Assembly (NCBI RefSeq): GCF_006345805.1
Contig: NC_043010.1
Location: 30,814,001-30,878,000, forward strand
Length of the DNA stretch: 64,000 bases
DNA from: Octopus sinensis
Taxonomy: Eukaryota
Reading direction: 5' to 3'
Positions 12,778 through 26,895 of the stretch are shown here, piece by piece. The position numbers and the translations under genes were made by a program. Below the pieces are notes generated by a model. It was not told the origin of the DNA. It did not search any database and saw only the letters and a list, made by a program, of their open reading frames with translations. Each line of letters starts with the position of its first letter. The first letter of the stretch is position 1.

Positions 12778-13622
12778 CTGGCAGAATTGCCCGGCGTTGC
12801 TCGGGGCTGAATTGCTTGAAAGTACTGTTAATGATTGCACTGAATTATGATGATTATTCAGGCAAATATTGATATAAGTTTACAGTGGTAGATAAGGACT
12901 TAACGATCAAACGTGTGCCATTGCATTGTTTTGGGGGAACCAAATTTCTGATGAGCATTATAGGGGCACCAACTTTAAGTTTGAGAAATTGTGGTGGTAG
13001 TCCGGGGTGCTCAAAGGAATTGAGTACCTCTATTGGATAGTTGATGACGTCCTCTGGGTCATGAGTTGTATCGATAGACTGATATACATAGACTTCCCCA
13101 GGAATGAGTTTTAGCATTTCATCATTAATACGGTGAACAGTTTTATTCCTCGGGGCCAGTATAGCCTTTTTGCCAATCCAATCCATATTCTGATAATTAG
13201 CTTGTAGATCTGGGAACACTGCATCTCTGAGATTAGAAGGCGTCTTAACAATGGTACAAATGGAATCGATGGCAATATTACCATTTTCATACCCTGGTAT
13301 TTTGCCTTCGACAAGTGCAAGGAGGGTGTGAGGAAATGCTGCTGATGTGATATTACGTCGCATATGAGCACGCATATTGGTGTGAAGTTTGAGAGTTACT
13401 TCCCTTTATTTAAAGAAATATGCATTAAAATGGAAAAAAATTATGGTAAATTATTTGTAAAATCGTAGATTCATCGTAGACGCGCGCTAATACCCAGAAG
13501 GGCTCGATATGAATCACGACTATAAGATACCCGGTTTTGGTTAAACTGCATCGCAAAATGTGGGAGTAGTTAGGAATCTAAATCGGAGTAGACAGACACA
13601 CAACCTTTCTTTTATATATAAA
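12778..13622 (-). mobile_element. Helitron derivative carrying a PIF1 helicase fragment
   Basis: 3' hairpin CCCGAGCAACGCCGGG followed by CCAG (CTAG variant); TATATATAAAAG-type 5' region near 13620. Confidence 0.85.
12854..13375 (-). pseudogene. Helitron RepHel PIF1-like helicase fragment
   Basis: AILAPRN..INDEML..YPIEVLNS..GLPP..LKLKVGAPIMLIRNL..CNGTRLIV. Confidence 0.9.
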
Positions 13623-13624
13623 TA

Positions 13625-14149
13625 TTTTCGTCCTAAAAAACTTTGTATGGATTGAATAGTTACCTCTATGGAAATATATACACGCACATTATACATACAT
13701 GTGTGTATAGATGAATATATAAATACATTTAAATATCTATATACACTTTTGGGCGATCTTTCTGTTTCTTAGAGATAACTTTAGATCTAATTTTCGTCCT
13801 AAAAAACTTTGTATGGAGTGAATGGTTACCTCTATGGAAATATATACACACACGTTATACATACGTGTTCATAGATGAATATATAAATACATTTATATAT
13901 CTATATACACTTTTGGGCGATCTTTGTGCTACTTAGAGATAACTTTAGATCTTATTTTCGTCCTAAAAAACTTTGTGCGGAGTGAATGGTTACGTCTATG
14001 GAAATATATACACACACATTATACATACATCTGTGTATAGATGAATATATAAATACATTTAAATATCTATATACACTTTTGGGCGATCTTTCTGCTACTT
14101 GGATATACTTTAGATCTTATATTCGTCCTAAAAAACTTTGTATGAATTG

Positions 14150-14150
<1 letters not shown>
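13625..14150. repeat. ~165-bp minisatellite, about 3.2 copies
   Basis: TTCGTCCTAAAAAACTTTGT recurs near 13627, 13793, 13957 and 14122. Confidence 0.93.
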
Positions 14151-15213
<1,063 letters not shown>

Positions 15214-15456
15214 ATGTATATGTATATATATATATATGTATATATGTATATGTATATATGTATATGTATATATATATATGTATATATGTATATATATATG
15301 TATATGTATATAAGTATATATATATATGTATATGTATATGTATATATATGTATACGTATATATGTATATATATACATATGTATATATATGTGTATATATA
15401 TAATATTTATTATATATATGTAATATTATATATATATAATATTTATTATATATATG

Positions 15457-15716
15457 TAATCACATTAGCTACAATAGCGTCAACATGGGTCTCTTCCATC
15501 TTCTTGCTCTGTTAAAGTATTTGAGAAAAATTATGATAATAACGTGTTCAACTGATTAAAATTTTATTTATTTGTGCAGCTGATTATTTCATTGTTCATT
15601 TAAATGCATTCGCTTGAAACAGTCGTACTGCATCACTTCTTGATATCCTGTGGCATATTTTGATTTTATTCACCTTACTTCGAGCTGTGTAGGTAATACT
15701 GCACTGACTTGGTGCT
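15457..15716 (+). mobile_element. Inverted copy of repeat A
   Basis: Reverse complement of ~1943-2198. Confidence 0.85.
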
Positions 15717-16268
15717 TATCACAGAGCCCGATAGATGGTCAACCTAATTTACTGCATCAAAATTTGGATGTTTAAATCTAAGTTTAAACAGAGAGAGAGG
15801 AAAAAGGAATGAGAGATGTTTGCTGCTTTTCAGCTGCGATATACATCAGATCGTGGCACCTGGCATCCATACTCTCATGCGCACCCCACCCCGTTCAGAT
15901 TTGCATTTTGTGCAAAGTCTGCAGTTCTACAAGCAAAAGGATGACAAAATTCCAAGTGCTGCACTCAATAAGTTTTTGAGACATTTATGGTACCTTACTG
16001 AGGAGCTGGTGGCGCTTGCATTCTTTGATTCAGCTGTTTCGCATGAGACAAAAAGCAAAATGAAGCATACTCTGCAGAAATCCTTTGACTCAAAACCGAG
16101 TAAACGAGCATCAGTAAATCTTGAATCAGCTGGGGAGAAGCAACTGCATTGTTTCGTTACTGCCAACACAAAAAGATTCTTTGAAATCCTAGAGGTGCCT
16201 TGCACTTTTCCTGAAAAAGATGCTGAAGAATGGAATGATGATGAAAGTTATGCGAATGCAAGAGATAT
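15716..16268 (+). pseudogene. hATm transposase internal fragment
   Basis: N-terminal half of ORF 15820-16617 ([25 protein letters not shown]). Colinear with 4660-4415 plus 3638-3330, without the insertion. Confidence 0.88.
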
Positions 16269-16271
16269 GTA

Positions 16272-16302
<31 letters not shown>

Positions 16303-16333
16303 ATATATGTATATGTATATATATATATGTATA

Positions 16334-16376
<43 letters not shown>

Positions 16377-16507
16377 ATATGTATATACATATATATATCT
16401 ATATATATATATGTATATACATATATATATATGTATATACATATATATATATGTATATGTATATATATATGTATATAATATATATATATATATATGTATA
16501 TACATAT

Positions 16508-16581
<74 letters not shown>

Positions 16582-16889
16582 GTATATACATATATATATG
16601 TATATATATATATATAATGTATATATATATATGTATATACGTGTATATATATATGTATATATGTATATATATATAAATTAATCAAAATAAAAACATGATG
16701 CCAAGGATTCAGCGGTACATATGTTTCGGGCCTTTATTAGACGGATTTATAACAATGCATAATGTGTGTCTATGGTCTTCTTCAGCCGCGCACAATTACT
16801 ACCTCAAGGACATGTATTACATTAAAAATTCTACGTTGGGGATGCAAATCCTCTCATATATATATATATATATACATATATGTATACAC

Positions 16890-16920
<31 letters not shown>

Positions 16921-17048
16921 CATATTACATATATATATATCATATATATATATACATATTACATATATATATACATTATATATATATACATATATATATA
17001 TATACATACATATATACATACATATATTATATATATATATATACATAC

Positions 17049-17103
<55 letters not shown>

Positions 17104-17128
17104 CATATACAATATATATATATATAAC

Positions 17129-17160
<32 letters not shown>

Positions 17161-17164
17161 TATA

Positions 17165-17216
<52 letters not shown>

Positions 17217-17220
17217 CTAC

Positions 17221-17253
<33 letters not shown>

Positions 17254-17280
17254 CATATATATATACATACATATACATAC

Positions 17281-17348
<68 letters not shown>

Positions 17349-17378
17349 TATATATATATAATATATATATAAATATAT
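16268..17378. repeat. (TA/TG) and (TA/CA) microsatellites enclosing an inverted copy (16676-16853) of the 12510-12690 hammerhead repeat
   Basis: Directly visible; hammerhead copy at 16712-16789 on the minus strand. Confidence 0.9.
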
Positions 17379-18149
17379 AGGAAAATTTGTTGTTGAAAAT
17401 GCATCTGAATTTTAAAAATTTGTAATTGCTTCTAAATAAATTTATTTACTAACATACCAAATTAGTTTCAAGAATATTTTTTGTTTGTGAATGGTAAAAA
17501 TTTTAAAAACATGTTTAAAAGATTCAATAGATTCAATAATATCAAATATGATTTACAACATTCAATAATATAAAAAATGTGGATCATCTTGTTTAAATGC
17601 ACAAAATTCCATCGTGTAAGAAGTGATCGATAAGAAATGTGGATCACCAAATGTTTGGTCATACTAAGTTAAGAGGGAGAAATGAAGATAATAAAAAAGG
17701 GGTTTTGTTACAGTTTCTATGATTCTTTTTCCGTCGTGTGTAGTGATTTTTGCTTGTAACGGCTTTTTTTATTAATCCAGTGTATTTATAATGTATTTAC
17801 GTGAACGGATCTGATTTTAATTCGTTGATGACGTCTTATTTTTCTGGTTGTCACGCCTGTCGTTCTGCCTGGTTGACCTCCATGTGGGAACGGTTATCAT
17901 CCGTTCCTTATGGTTGCTTCTCTTAAAGTGTGTTTCTTTGTATTTACTGAATTGGAGATAAAATATCATTGGTGACGTCAGCAACTAGTGTTTGTATGGT
18001 GTTACATATATATATACATACATATACATATATATATATACATATACATATATATACATATATATACATATATATATACATATATATATACATATATATA
18101 TACATATATATACATATATACACACATATACATACATATATATGCATAC

Positions 18150-18181
<32 letters not shown>

Positions 18182-18182
18182 G

Positions 18183-18216
<34 letters not shown>

Positions 18217-20103
18217 CATACATATATATATACATACATAAGTCCAAATCACCATACATGGTGATTTGGACTTATGGCTTCGAAACCCGCGAGGAAGACT
18301 GTTAAGTTTTTCGAATTATATCTGTTGTATCTGGGAATCTTTTTTATGAAGAAATTGGGTCTTTTTTTGTGGAGTAATTGGGTCTCTTTTCCTTTTTCTT
18401 TTTCGTGTTTTTTCTTCTTTCTAAATGATATTCAGCTGTGGTTTATATGAGTGTGCTTTCCTTATTCAAACGGAATTGGGTTGAAGTGTTTCCGGTTCAC
18501 TGATAGAGAGAAAAGATATGATATTTCGGGTTTATGTTTGCGGGGCATTGGTCTAGGTGTTTGCGTACGGGAATTTTCCTGATCTTGAGGTCCTCGATTT
18601 GTTGCCTGTGTAACCGTCAGTTTGTTACTCACGGTCAAACTAGTTTGACCTATGTAGTTTCCATCACACCCTCCACATTTGAGAACATAGATTAAGTTCT
18701 TCGATGCACAGATGAAGGGATTTTTTATAGTAAAAGTTTGACCTGGCTTACATTTGTATGTTGAACCCTCTAAGAGGAAGATGCAAGTTTTGCAGTTAAA
18801 GCGGTTGCACTTTTTGACAAGCGGGGCTGTATTTTTGGTGAGTAATTTGGCGCTGATGAGTAACTTTTTTAGGGATTGCAGTTGTCTCTTGCTTTTAATA
18901 ATCTTGTGTGTTTCCAGTGTCTTTTTCATTCGCAGATCGTTCATAAGGTGGATGATGTTTTGGTGGATGATGTTGTATGCTTCCATGTTCCTCGGATTGT
19001 GTGTCGATACGTAAGATAAAGTTTTAAGCGTGTAATGGGATTTTCTTGTTTACAGTAACTCTTGGATGTCTATCATTTTTGCACGTTCTATTCCGTTTTT
19101 GATTAAACTGGACAGATATTTTCTATCTTGTAATGTTTTTAAGTTATTGGAGTCGCTTTTCTCGAGGTTCGGGATTTGATGCGATCGTGCAAATTCTTCT
19201 TGCTAACTTGAACGGTATATTTATTTTAGTATGTTTTGGGTGGCAGGAGGAGAGCAGAAGATATTGTTTTGAATTCGTTGGTTTGAAGATGATGTCGGTT
19301 TCAATTTCAGTATCTCATTTTACGATTAAGATATCCAGAGAGGGTAACTGTTTGTGGTTGTATTCTATTGTGAACTGGATACTGTGGTTAATGCTGTTGA
19401 TTAAGTCTTTAAATTCTGAGAGTTGCTCAAGGTTATATAGCCACAGAATGAAACAGTTATCCAGGTAGCGTCTCCAGCTAGTGAGTAAGTATTTTTGGAA
19501 GTTGTCTCCAAATATCAGTCAAATGTGCTCGTATATTTGCACTTTTAAGTATGTCATGACAACAAACAACTGGAACGGCTGATGACTGTTCTCCACAGGG
19601 AAGTCAACTAGGCAAAACAACAAACTTGACTACCAGAAAAATAAGATGCCATCAGAATTTCAACGAATCAAAAATCGGATCCGTTCACGGAAAAAAATTA
19701 TAACTACATTGGAGTAAAAAGAAAACTCCGTTACAGGCAAAATCCTTGTACACGACGAAAAAGAATCGCAGAAACTAACAAAAACCTTTTTTATTATCTT
19801 CATTTCACCTTTGTTTTTCTCACTCTTAACTCAGTATGACCGAAGCTTTGGTGAACCACTTTTCTTACACTATTGAATTTTGCGCATTTAAACAAGATGA
19901 TCCACATTTTTTATATTATCGAATGTTGTAAATCATATTTAATATTATTGAATCTTTTAAACTTATTTTTCGCAATTTAAAGTTTTTACCATTGATAAAC
20001 AAAAAATATTGTTGAAACTAGATTGGTATGTATGTAAATAAATTTATTTAAAAGCAAGTAGAAGTTTTTTAAAATTGATGTGCATTTTCAACAACAAATT
20101 TTC

Positions 20104-20106
<3 letters not shown>
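17379..20106 (-). mobile_element. 5'-truncated Penelope-like element with inverted pseudo-LTR
   Basis: RT and GIY-YIG remnants at ~18460-19560; 19565-20106 is an inverted copy of 17379-17910. Confidence 0.85.
18462..19555 (-). pseudogene. PLE RT C-terminus plus GIY-YIG endonuclease
   Basis: WRRYLDNCFILW, KPTNSKQYL..SCHPKH..IPFKLARRI, KCNRFNCKTC and NLIYVLKCGGCDGNYIGQT. Confidence 0.88.
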
Positions 20107-20139
<33 letters not shown>

Positions 20140-20159
20140 ATTATATGTATATATATATA

Positions 20160-20720
20160 ATCAAGTTATATGTAAACTTTTTGTAAAAGTTTCTACCGAT
20201 AATGGTTCTCTTTCCATACCGAAACTACTTGGTAAAATTTATTAATTATTAAATTAATAATTCTTTACCCTTATATTTGTAATGAATTTTTCACTCCCGT
20301 ATAACAAACTGCAGTTTACTTTCTGCGGTACGATCTTGTGACGCACATTGTAATCCTGGAGGGAAAATACGAATTCACTCGTCTATATAAATTTGGATGT
20401 GCTGACTATCTTCTGTTATTTCCGATGGCGTTTGGTCGGGATGCAAAGGGTAGGTTCCTAGCATTTTCAAATTTATAGATAATCGAAATATTATGCTGAG
20501 AACGGAATTGAATTTGTATAATTCTAATCCAGAAACGCGTTCATAATTAATCGAAGACTGTTTGATTTCGTTATTTTTCCTTCTTTTTGCCTATGTGAGT
20601 CACACATATTATTATCTGTGGAGTAATATCTCTAGTAAAACGGAATGAGCTGTCTTTGGCTGCTATTTCTAAATTTTAGGTATGTGGAGAAGCAACTTGT
20701 TGCTTAACCCTTAACTATAC
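20160..20720 (+). mobile_element. PLE pLTR-like relic with hammerhead-like motifs
   Basis: TTATG-CTGAGAA-CGGA..TCCA-GAAA-CGCG-TT-CATAA at 20491-20546; a second partial motif at ~20195-20235; bounded by (TA)n. Confidence 0.5.
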
Positions 20721-21158
20721 TTATATATATCTATATATATCTATATATATATATATATATATAGGTAGTTAGAGATTCGCTCCATGTGCGATTGTTTATG
20801 CAATGAACTACACTGGTAAGAAGAGATGTATTAGCTGAACATAATAAGCTAATTCACACAGTTAGTTCGAAATCAATACTGCTGTATTTCGCCTCTTCCG
20901 TCTTTAATGTAATGATTAAGGCAGGTGTTCAAATCTATTAAAGTCAAGTATTCTATATTATCCTTTTTTTTCCCTCTGGTATCTATTGAGCAATAAATTC
21001 TTTGAATGTATTCAATATCAAAAGAATCTCGTTTCAACTTGTGAATATATATGATTAGTATTGTTTACATCATCGATAAAGAAGAGTATTTTTATTGACA
21101 TATAGCTAGCGATTTATATAACAAAACAGTGGGTGTACTTCCACACAGGAAAAAATAT

Positions 21159-21527
21159 AGGAAAATTTGTTGTTGAAAATGCACCTGAATTTCAAAAATG
21201 TGTAATTGTTTTTAAATAAATTTATTTACATACAAACCAAACTTGTTTTAACAATATTTTTTGTTTATCAATGGTAAAAATTTTGAATTGCGAAGTAGAA
21301 AAACATTTTAAAAAAGATTCAATGTTTACGAGATTCAATAATATCAAATATGATTTACAACATTCGATAATATGAAAAATGTGGATCATCTTGTTTAAAT
21401 GCACAAAATTTAATAGTGTATGAAGTGATCGATAAGAAATATGGATCACCAAATGTTCAGTTATACTGAGTTAAGAGGGAGAAAAACAAAGGAGAAATGA
21501 AGATTATAATAAGAGGTTTTTGTTATA
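21159..21527 (-). mobile_element. PLE pseudo-LTR B fragment
   Basis: Matches 17379-17715. Confidence 0.85.
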
Positions 21528-21690
21528 TCTGGTTAAGTAAAAAGTAAGCAACGTTTTGAACCATGAAGAATTTGTACCGGATTTTTGCAGAGTTTTGAAC
21601 TTTTTTAAAACATTTTTTAATCTTTGTCTGATAATACAGACATAGACTTGCCCAAATGCATCAATAATTCAACATTGATTATTTTTCACC

Positions 21691-23070
21691 GTTGTTACAA
21701 TCATCTGTAACCGAGTTGATCGTGAATTTCGTTTGTGCGAAAGGCTAGTCAAAGTTGTATTTGTTATTAATTGTTGCGTCTTAAGGCACTTGTTTTTGCT
21801 ACCTTACAGCAGTTTTGTTAACGCTGTCCCCCTTGTTTGACAGGAGAAGCGCTGTTAAATTGGAGAGAATTAGCTACTCAGACCTGTCGTCGTCTGAGGA
21901 GGAACTGGTGAGGTGTCCAGACGAAAGAGATAGAGACGGAAAGGAGGAGTTTCGCAGAGGCAGTGAGACGGCAGTCTGAAGATGTGTGTTTCGAAATAAT
22001 TGAAAGATTCCAAGAAATGATGAAAAGGGAGAACAATGTCAAGGTATCCCCTCCCAGGGAAACTACTGAAACGACAGCCAAAAGAACGGTGTTGTAAAGA
22101 ACATAGAACGTAAGACAACATCGGATAGAGGTGGCTACGAGAGCTGAAGTGGAAAGGGCTCTGCTACCCAGCTAGAGGGAGAACGTCTGCAATGATGGAG
22201 GTGCAGTTTTCGTCTGATGCTGTGGCCAGACAGCATGCTGTTACTCTCCTCAAGACGGAAGAGGTGGTCTTTCTAACCATTTACCTAGGAAGATGTGCTT
22301 CTCGAGTTAGGGTAGATGAGATCCCTCCTGAGGTGGATGTTGCTTGGCTGGTAGCCGCCACCCTACTTGGTATGGAGGACCAGATTGTGGTCCTCCAGGC
22401 AAAAAGAGTGCCAACAAGAAATTGGCAAGGGGTGGGCCTTGAAATAGTGAACAAGGCCTCCCCAGGAGATCTAGAAAGGATGGTATAGATCATCACGATC
22501 GACGGGGATATCAAGTTAAGAGTCATGGCGGAGAGCAGGACGCCCAGGTGTTTTAAATGTGGGGAGAAAGGCCACATTAAGGCAGATTGCCCACCGCCCA
22601 GTGCAAAGGAACCAAAAAAGCGAGGAGGAGCCTGGGAAGCAAGAAGAGCAGGAATGGGCACAAGCTAAAAGAAGGAGGAAAACTCAAAAAAGGTCTGAGG
22701 AAACAAATGTGAATCCCCACTCTACTCCCTCCCAATCCCATGCTTTCACACCCTCCCTCTGCAGTCACCAATTCTTCACCTGCCCCTCCTAACACAGACA
22801 ATAACACAAGCAGACAGGTGCCCGACCCCACCCAAATGTTTTGGTTTAAAGGAAAACTGTGGAACAAAAACATTGGACATAGTTATAAGTTGTGAAGAAA
22901 AAGTACAAAAAGTGTAAATGAAGTGGCTCGGATGTGGGGTAGAGTGGCTTCATGCCATTGCATTATTCATTTTTCCATTTTTCCCATTTGTTTGTCTTTT
23001 TTTTTTGTCCCCACTTATATGTTTTTATATGTCCCTCTCTGTTTAGCCTCCTGTGGACAATAAAGAAATT
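21691..23070 (+). mobile_element. ORF1-only (HAL1-like) non-LTR element, unit 1
   Basis: Broken ORF1 with VRVDEIPPEVDVAWLVAA and zinc knuckle RCFKCGEKGHIKADC; no ORF2; 3' tail ...AATAAAGAAAT; flanked by direct repeat GTTGTTACAATCATCTG(T)AACCGA. Confidence 0.7.
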
Positions 23071-24200
23071 GTTGTTACAATCATCTGAACCGACTTTTTC
23101 GTGCGTCGTTAGAGAGGTTAGTGGAGGATTGTTGAATTGAAATTATATTTGTTATTAATTGTTATGTGCCGAGACACTTGTCTTTGCTGCTTTACGGCTG
23201 TTTTGTTAACGCTGTCTCCCTTGTTTGAAATGGGGAAGTGCATTACTTGTGTCTTCATGATGTATGAAGATTTGAATTCTTCAGACGTAACGACTCTGAA
23301 AAATAATTACTGAGAAGTTTGGATATTGCTAACCAAAAGATGGAAAAAGTGAGAGTGGAAAAAACATGTATTTTGCAACTGCGGCTGGTGTAACAAGAGA
23401 AAAGATTTGTTTTAAGAAGGTGGAGTTAAGCAAGTACAGGGAAATCCTGCGAAGGAAAGGGCACGAAGTAAAAGTGAGCTCTCCTAGTGACAGAACGGTC
23501 GACACCACAACGGTGGGCGAGGATGTGGTATTAAGAGTTATAGTGGAGGACAGGAAGTCCGGTGGCTATAAATGTGGCCAGAAAGGCCACATAAGAAAAG
23601 AGTGCCTTCCCCCGACCACAAAGACACCAGCAGTACAAGCCCGAAGGAAAATTGCACCTCCACCTCCTTCAATGACAAGTGGTATAGGAGGGAGCGTGGA
23701 AAAGCCCGGTTAGGTGGATGGCAAGGAGGCACAAATGGAGGAAGAGAAAACAGAATGGAAGGCAGAAAAAGCGAAAAAGAGAACTTTATCCCCCATCCTC
23801 CTCCCCACCCTATCCCTGCAGACACCAACCCTCACCCTACCCCACAAGACACTGATACTATAGCTACACACAGGAGCCCCACCCTGTGAAAACAAGTTAC
23901 ATTGTTTTCTACAGTGAGCCATTCATTGGGTTGTGCGAGGAAATAAGCAATCAGTACGAGGCGATGAAAGTCGATATTGAAAGGTGTGAGGGTGTGTCCT
24001 CGCATGTTAACTGCGCATTTATAAACAGAAAGAACTCGCAAAGATTAAGTGAGGATTACGGGACAAATATCATTACTCCACAAAAATTAATTGATACCAG
24101 GAGACTGCAGTCAACGGTAAGCTATCATGAACTTTTAAAAGAATTTAACATAAACATATTAAGTGATTATTAATTGTTTTTAAAAGTTTCAATGAGGTCA
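23071..24200 (+). mobile_element. ORF1-only element, unit 2 (deleted)
   Basis: Same 5' leader as unit 1; YFATAAGVTRE and knuckle-like YKCGQKGHIRKEC (ORF 23366-23713). Confidence 0.6.
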
Positions 24201-24244
24201 CTTGGATTTAGACTGACTTGGATTTAGACTGACTTGTTCATGAA

Positions 24245-24370
24245 TGTTGCTTGTGCGTCGTTAGAGAATTTAGTGAAGGATTGTTGAATTGAAATTATAT
24301 TTTTTATAAATTGTTGTTTCTTGTGACACTTGTTTTTGCTACCTTACGGCAGCTTTGTCTAAAATGTCTC
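24245..24370 (+). mobile_element. Third copy of the same 5' leader
   Basis: GTGCGTCGTTAGAGA...GACACTTGTTTTTGCTACCTTACGGC matches 23101-23200. Confidence 0.7.
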
Positions 24371-25038
24371 GAAATCTCCCATTAAGCTGTGTGTGTGTGT
24401 GTGTGTGTGTGTGAACACAAACACATACGTGCGCGTGCATGTATTGAAAAGAAAAACTTGTTTGAACAACTTTAGCAATGTCAAAAGGATGCTACCCACA
24501 AGAAATGTGGAATAAAGCTAAAAATATGGTTTGAAAATATAAAAAGAAACAAAAAATAGTCGAAGTGCTTAAGAATGGAGACACTGAATAAATTTATAAA
24601 CTTAAAAAAAAAAGATGTATATGAGCCAGTTGTATAACATCTGAATCCAAAGAACGGCATTGGCTGCTCAAGAATGTAATTCTAAGATGAAGAAAGACAT
24701 TCAGGAAAACCTCAGCAAAATGTGAGACAAAACTTAAACATTTTTCATTATAAACTCTAATAAAGGAATTTGTAAAACAGAAGCTAATAACAGGAAAATT
24801 TGCATCAAGAGATAATGTTATCGTAGATAAAGATAGTAAAGTAATGAAAGTTAAAATTGTGTTAGGGAAAAATAAGAATAAACCTGGAGAGAGGATATGT
24901 GATTGATGAGGTCGGGAATAGCGATGAAAGGACTTTGAAAAACCAAGCTGATTGATTGTAACCAATTGACAAATAAAAATTATTAGGTGAAATAGGACAA
25001 GTACGTATGCTTATTAGTGTGATATAAGACAACAGAAA

Positions 25039-25249
25039 GGCGGCGAACTGGCAGAAACGTTAGCACGCCGGGCGAAATGCGTTACGTTCTTAGTTCAAAT
25101 TCCACCGAGGTCGACTTTGCCTTTCATTCTTTTGGGGTCGATTAAATAAGTACCAGTTACGCACTGGGGTCGATATAATCGACTTAATCCGTTTGTCTGT
25201 CCTTGTTTGTCCTCTCTGTGTTTAGCCCCTTGTGGGTAGTAAAGAAATA
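25039..25249 (+). mobile_element. tRNA-derived Meta-type SINE
   Basis: GTCGACTTTGCCTTTCATTCTTTTGGGGTCGAT core; 18-bp TSD GATATAAGACAACAGAAA. Confidence 0.92.
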
Positions 25250-25944
25250 GATATAAGACAACAGAAAATATAAACACTAGGGAAAATCTGAAAAACAATA
25301 GAAGTCCTAGAACAGGTGACATAGCAACAGAACGTAGAATGAGTTGGTTACATTGTTTTTAAACTAAAATATGGAACTAAAATTTATCACCGAATAATTG
25401 AAATCGACTTTGATTCCATTACCAAAAACGGATACAATGCAATATAAAAATAACGAGATAAATGCACTAATATTTAGTAAAATTCTAAGATAATTGCTCA
25501 TCAAATTAAAGTTGAAAATGACACAGTTGCCATGGCAAGTTATAGCTAATGATGATGGAAATGAAAATTCCTCGACGTTTTATAGAATTATTATAGTCAC
25601 TTTTTACTCATCAAAAGGTATCTCTCAAAATTATTGTGAACTTCATATGGCGTACGACAAGAATGTAACCTGGCGCCATATTTTGAAAGTATAGTTAAAA
25701 TCGGTCGCCTATATTCGATATACGGCAATATTGTTCTTGTTGCTGGTAGCTGAGAAAAATTTAGGATTTTCTTAAAGAACGTAAAAGAATAAAGAAGTTA
25801 AAGAATATGTTTTATGACTAATTTTAACAAAGCTGAATCAATGGTTATGTCAGGAACATAAGAACATCACTTCTGAAGTGGTTGGTAAATATGATAATGG
25901 CTGGCTGAAATACTATTTTAGAAGTATTATTACAAATCAAGTAG

Positions 25945-26160
25945 CAAGGTGGCAGGATCGTTAGCGCATCGGACAAAATACTTAGCGGCATGTCTTCTGG
26001 CTTTTTTTTTTTTTTTTGTTCTGAGTTCAAATTCCACCGAGGGCGACTTTGACGTTCATCCTTTCGGGATTACTAAAAAAAGTATTCAGTTGGTCACTGG
26101 GAACGATGTAATCGACTACTTCTTTCTCAAGTTGCTGGCTTTATTTCAAACTTTGAAACC
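25945..26160 (+). mobile_element. Old Meta-type SINE
   Basis: TGGCAGGATCGTTAGC...GTTCAAATTCCACCGAGG..CATCCTTTCGGG. Confidence 0.75.
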
Positions 26161-26749
26161 AAAGGCTGTGATTTGACTGAATAGTTAACATACAGGATAA
26201 AATGCTAAACAACAATTCTTCTTTCTGCGTGGTCTTAAAAGTTGTTGGTCTGGTCTGCAGTAGGGAGTGATTGAGTTGATGAATGAAAACATTGTTCTTG
26301 GTCTGCATGTAGAAGTAACTGAACAACACCTGCGAATATTTAACAGATTTTATTATTGCACATAAAGACAAACTGTGTTAGCCTTTTACAGATAACAATA
26401 GCAATAATTACATGCTGGGAGAGATACTGCTTCGAGTTTACGGCAAGCTATTGATACGGTAATCTGCGGCCGGTCCAGCATAACTAGAAACAATTGTACT
26501 ATATTTGTGGCGACCAATGTTCTTGTCATCTGTTGCACTATCTGTCTTAGTCGTCTGACTGGTTAAAATATATACCGAGCAGTTTTTATAGGGGACCGGA
26601 AGTCAAATTCTAGATTGTTCAAAAAAACTGTCGCTATCGCTTCACGTTGATTAATCGGGTAATAGACTTATCACGTGAAACCATGATGGTTTGTTCGTGA
26701 TGTCTAATGGCTTATCCTGGACTTCGGTTTCGAATGCCCGCAACACTTC

Positions 26750-26895
26750 TGTTGCTCAAGTTACGCCGAAATCGACTTTGCCTTTCATCTTTTTGGGGTC
26801 GATAAAATAAATACCAACTGAAAACAAGGATCGATGTAATCGACATACACCCTCCCCTTAAAATTACTGGTACTATGCCAAAATTTAAAACAATT
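26750..26895 (+). mobile_element. Old Meta-type SINE fragment
   Basis: TCGACTTTGCCTTTCATCTTTTTGGGGTCGATAAAATAA. Confidence 0.75.
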
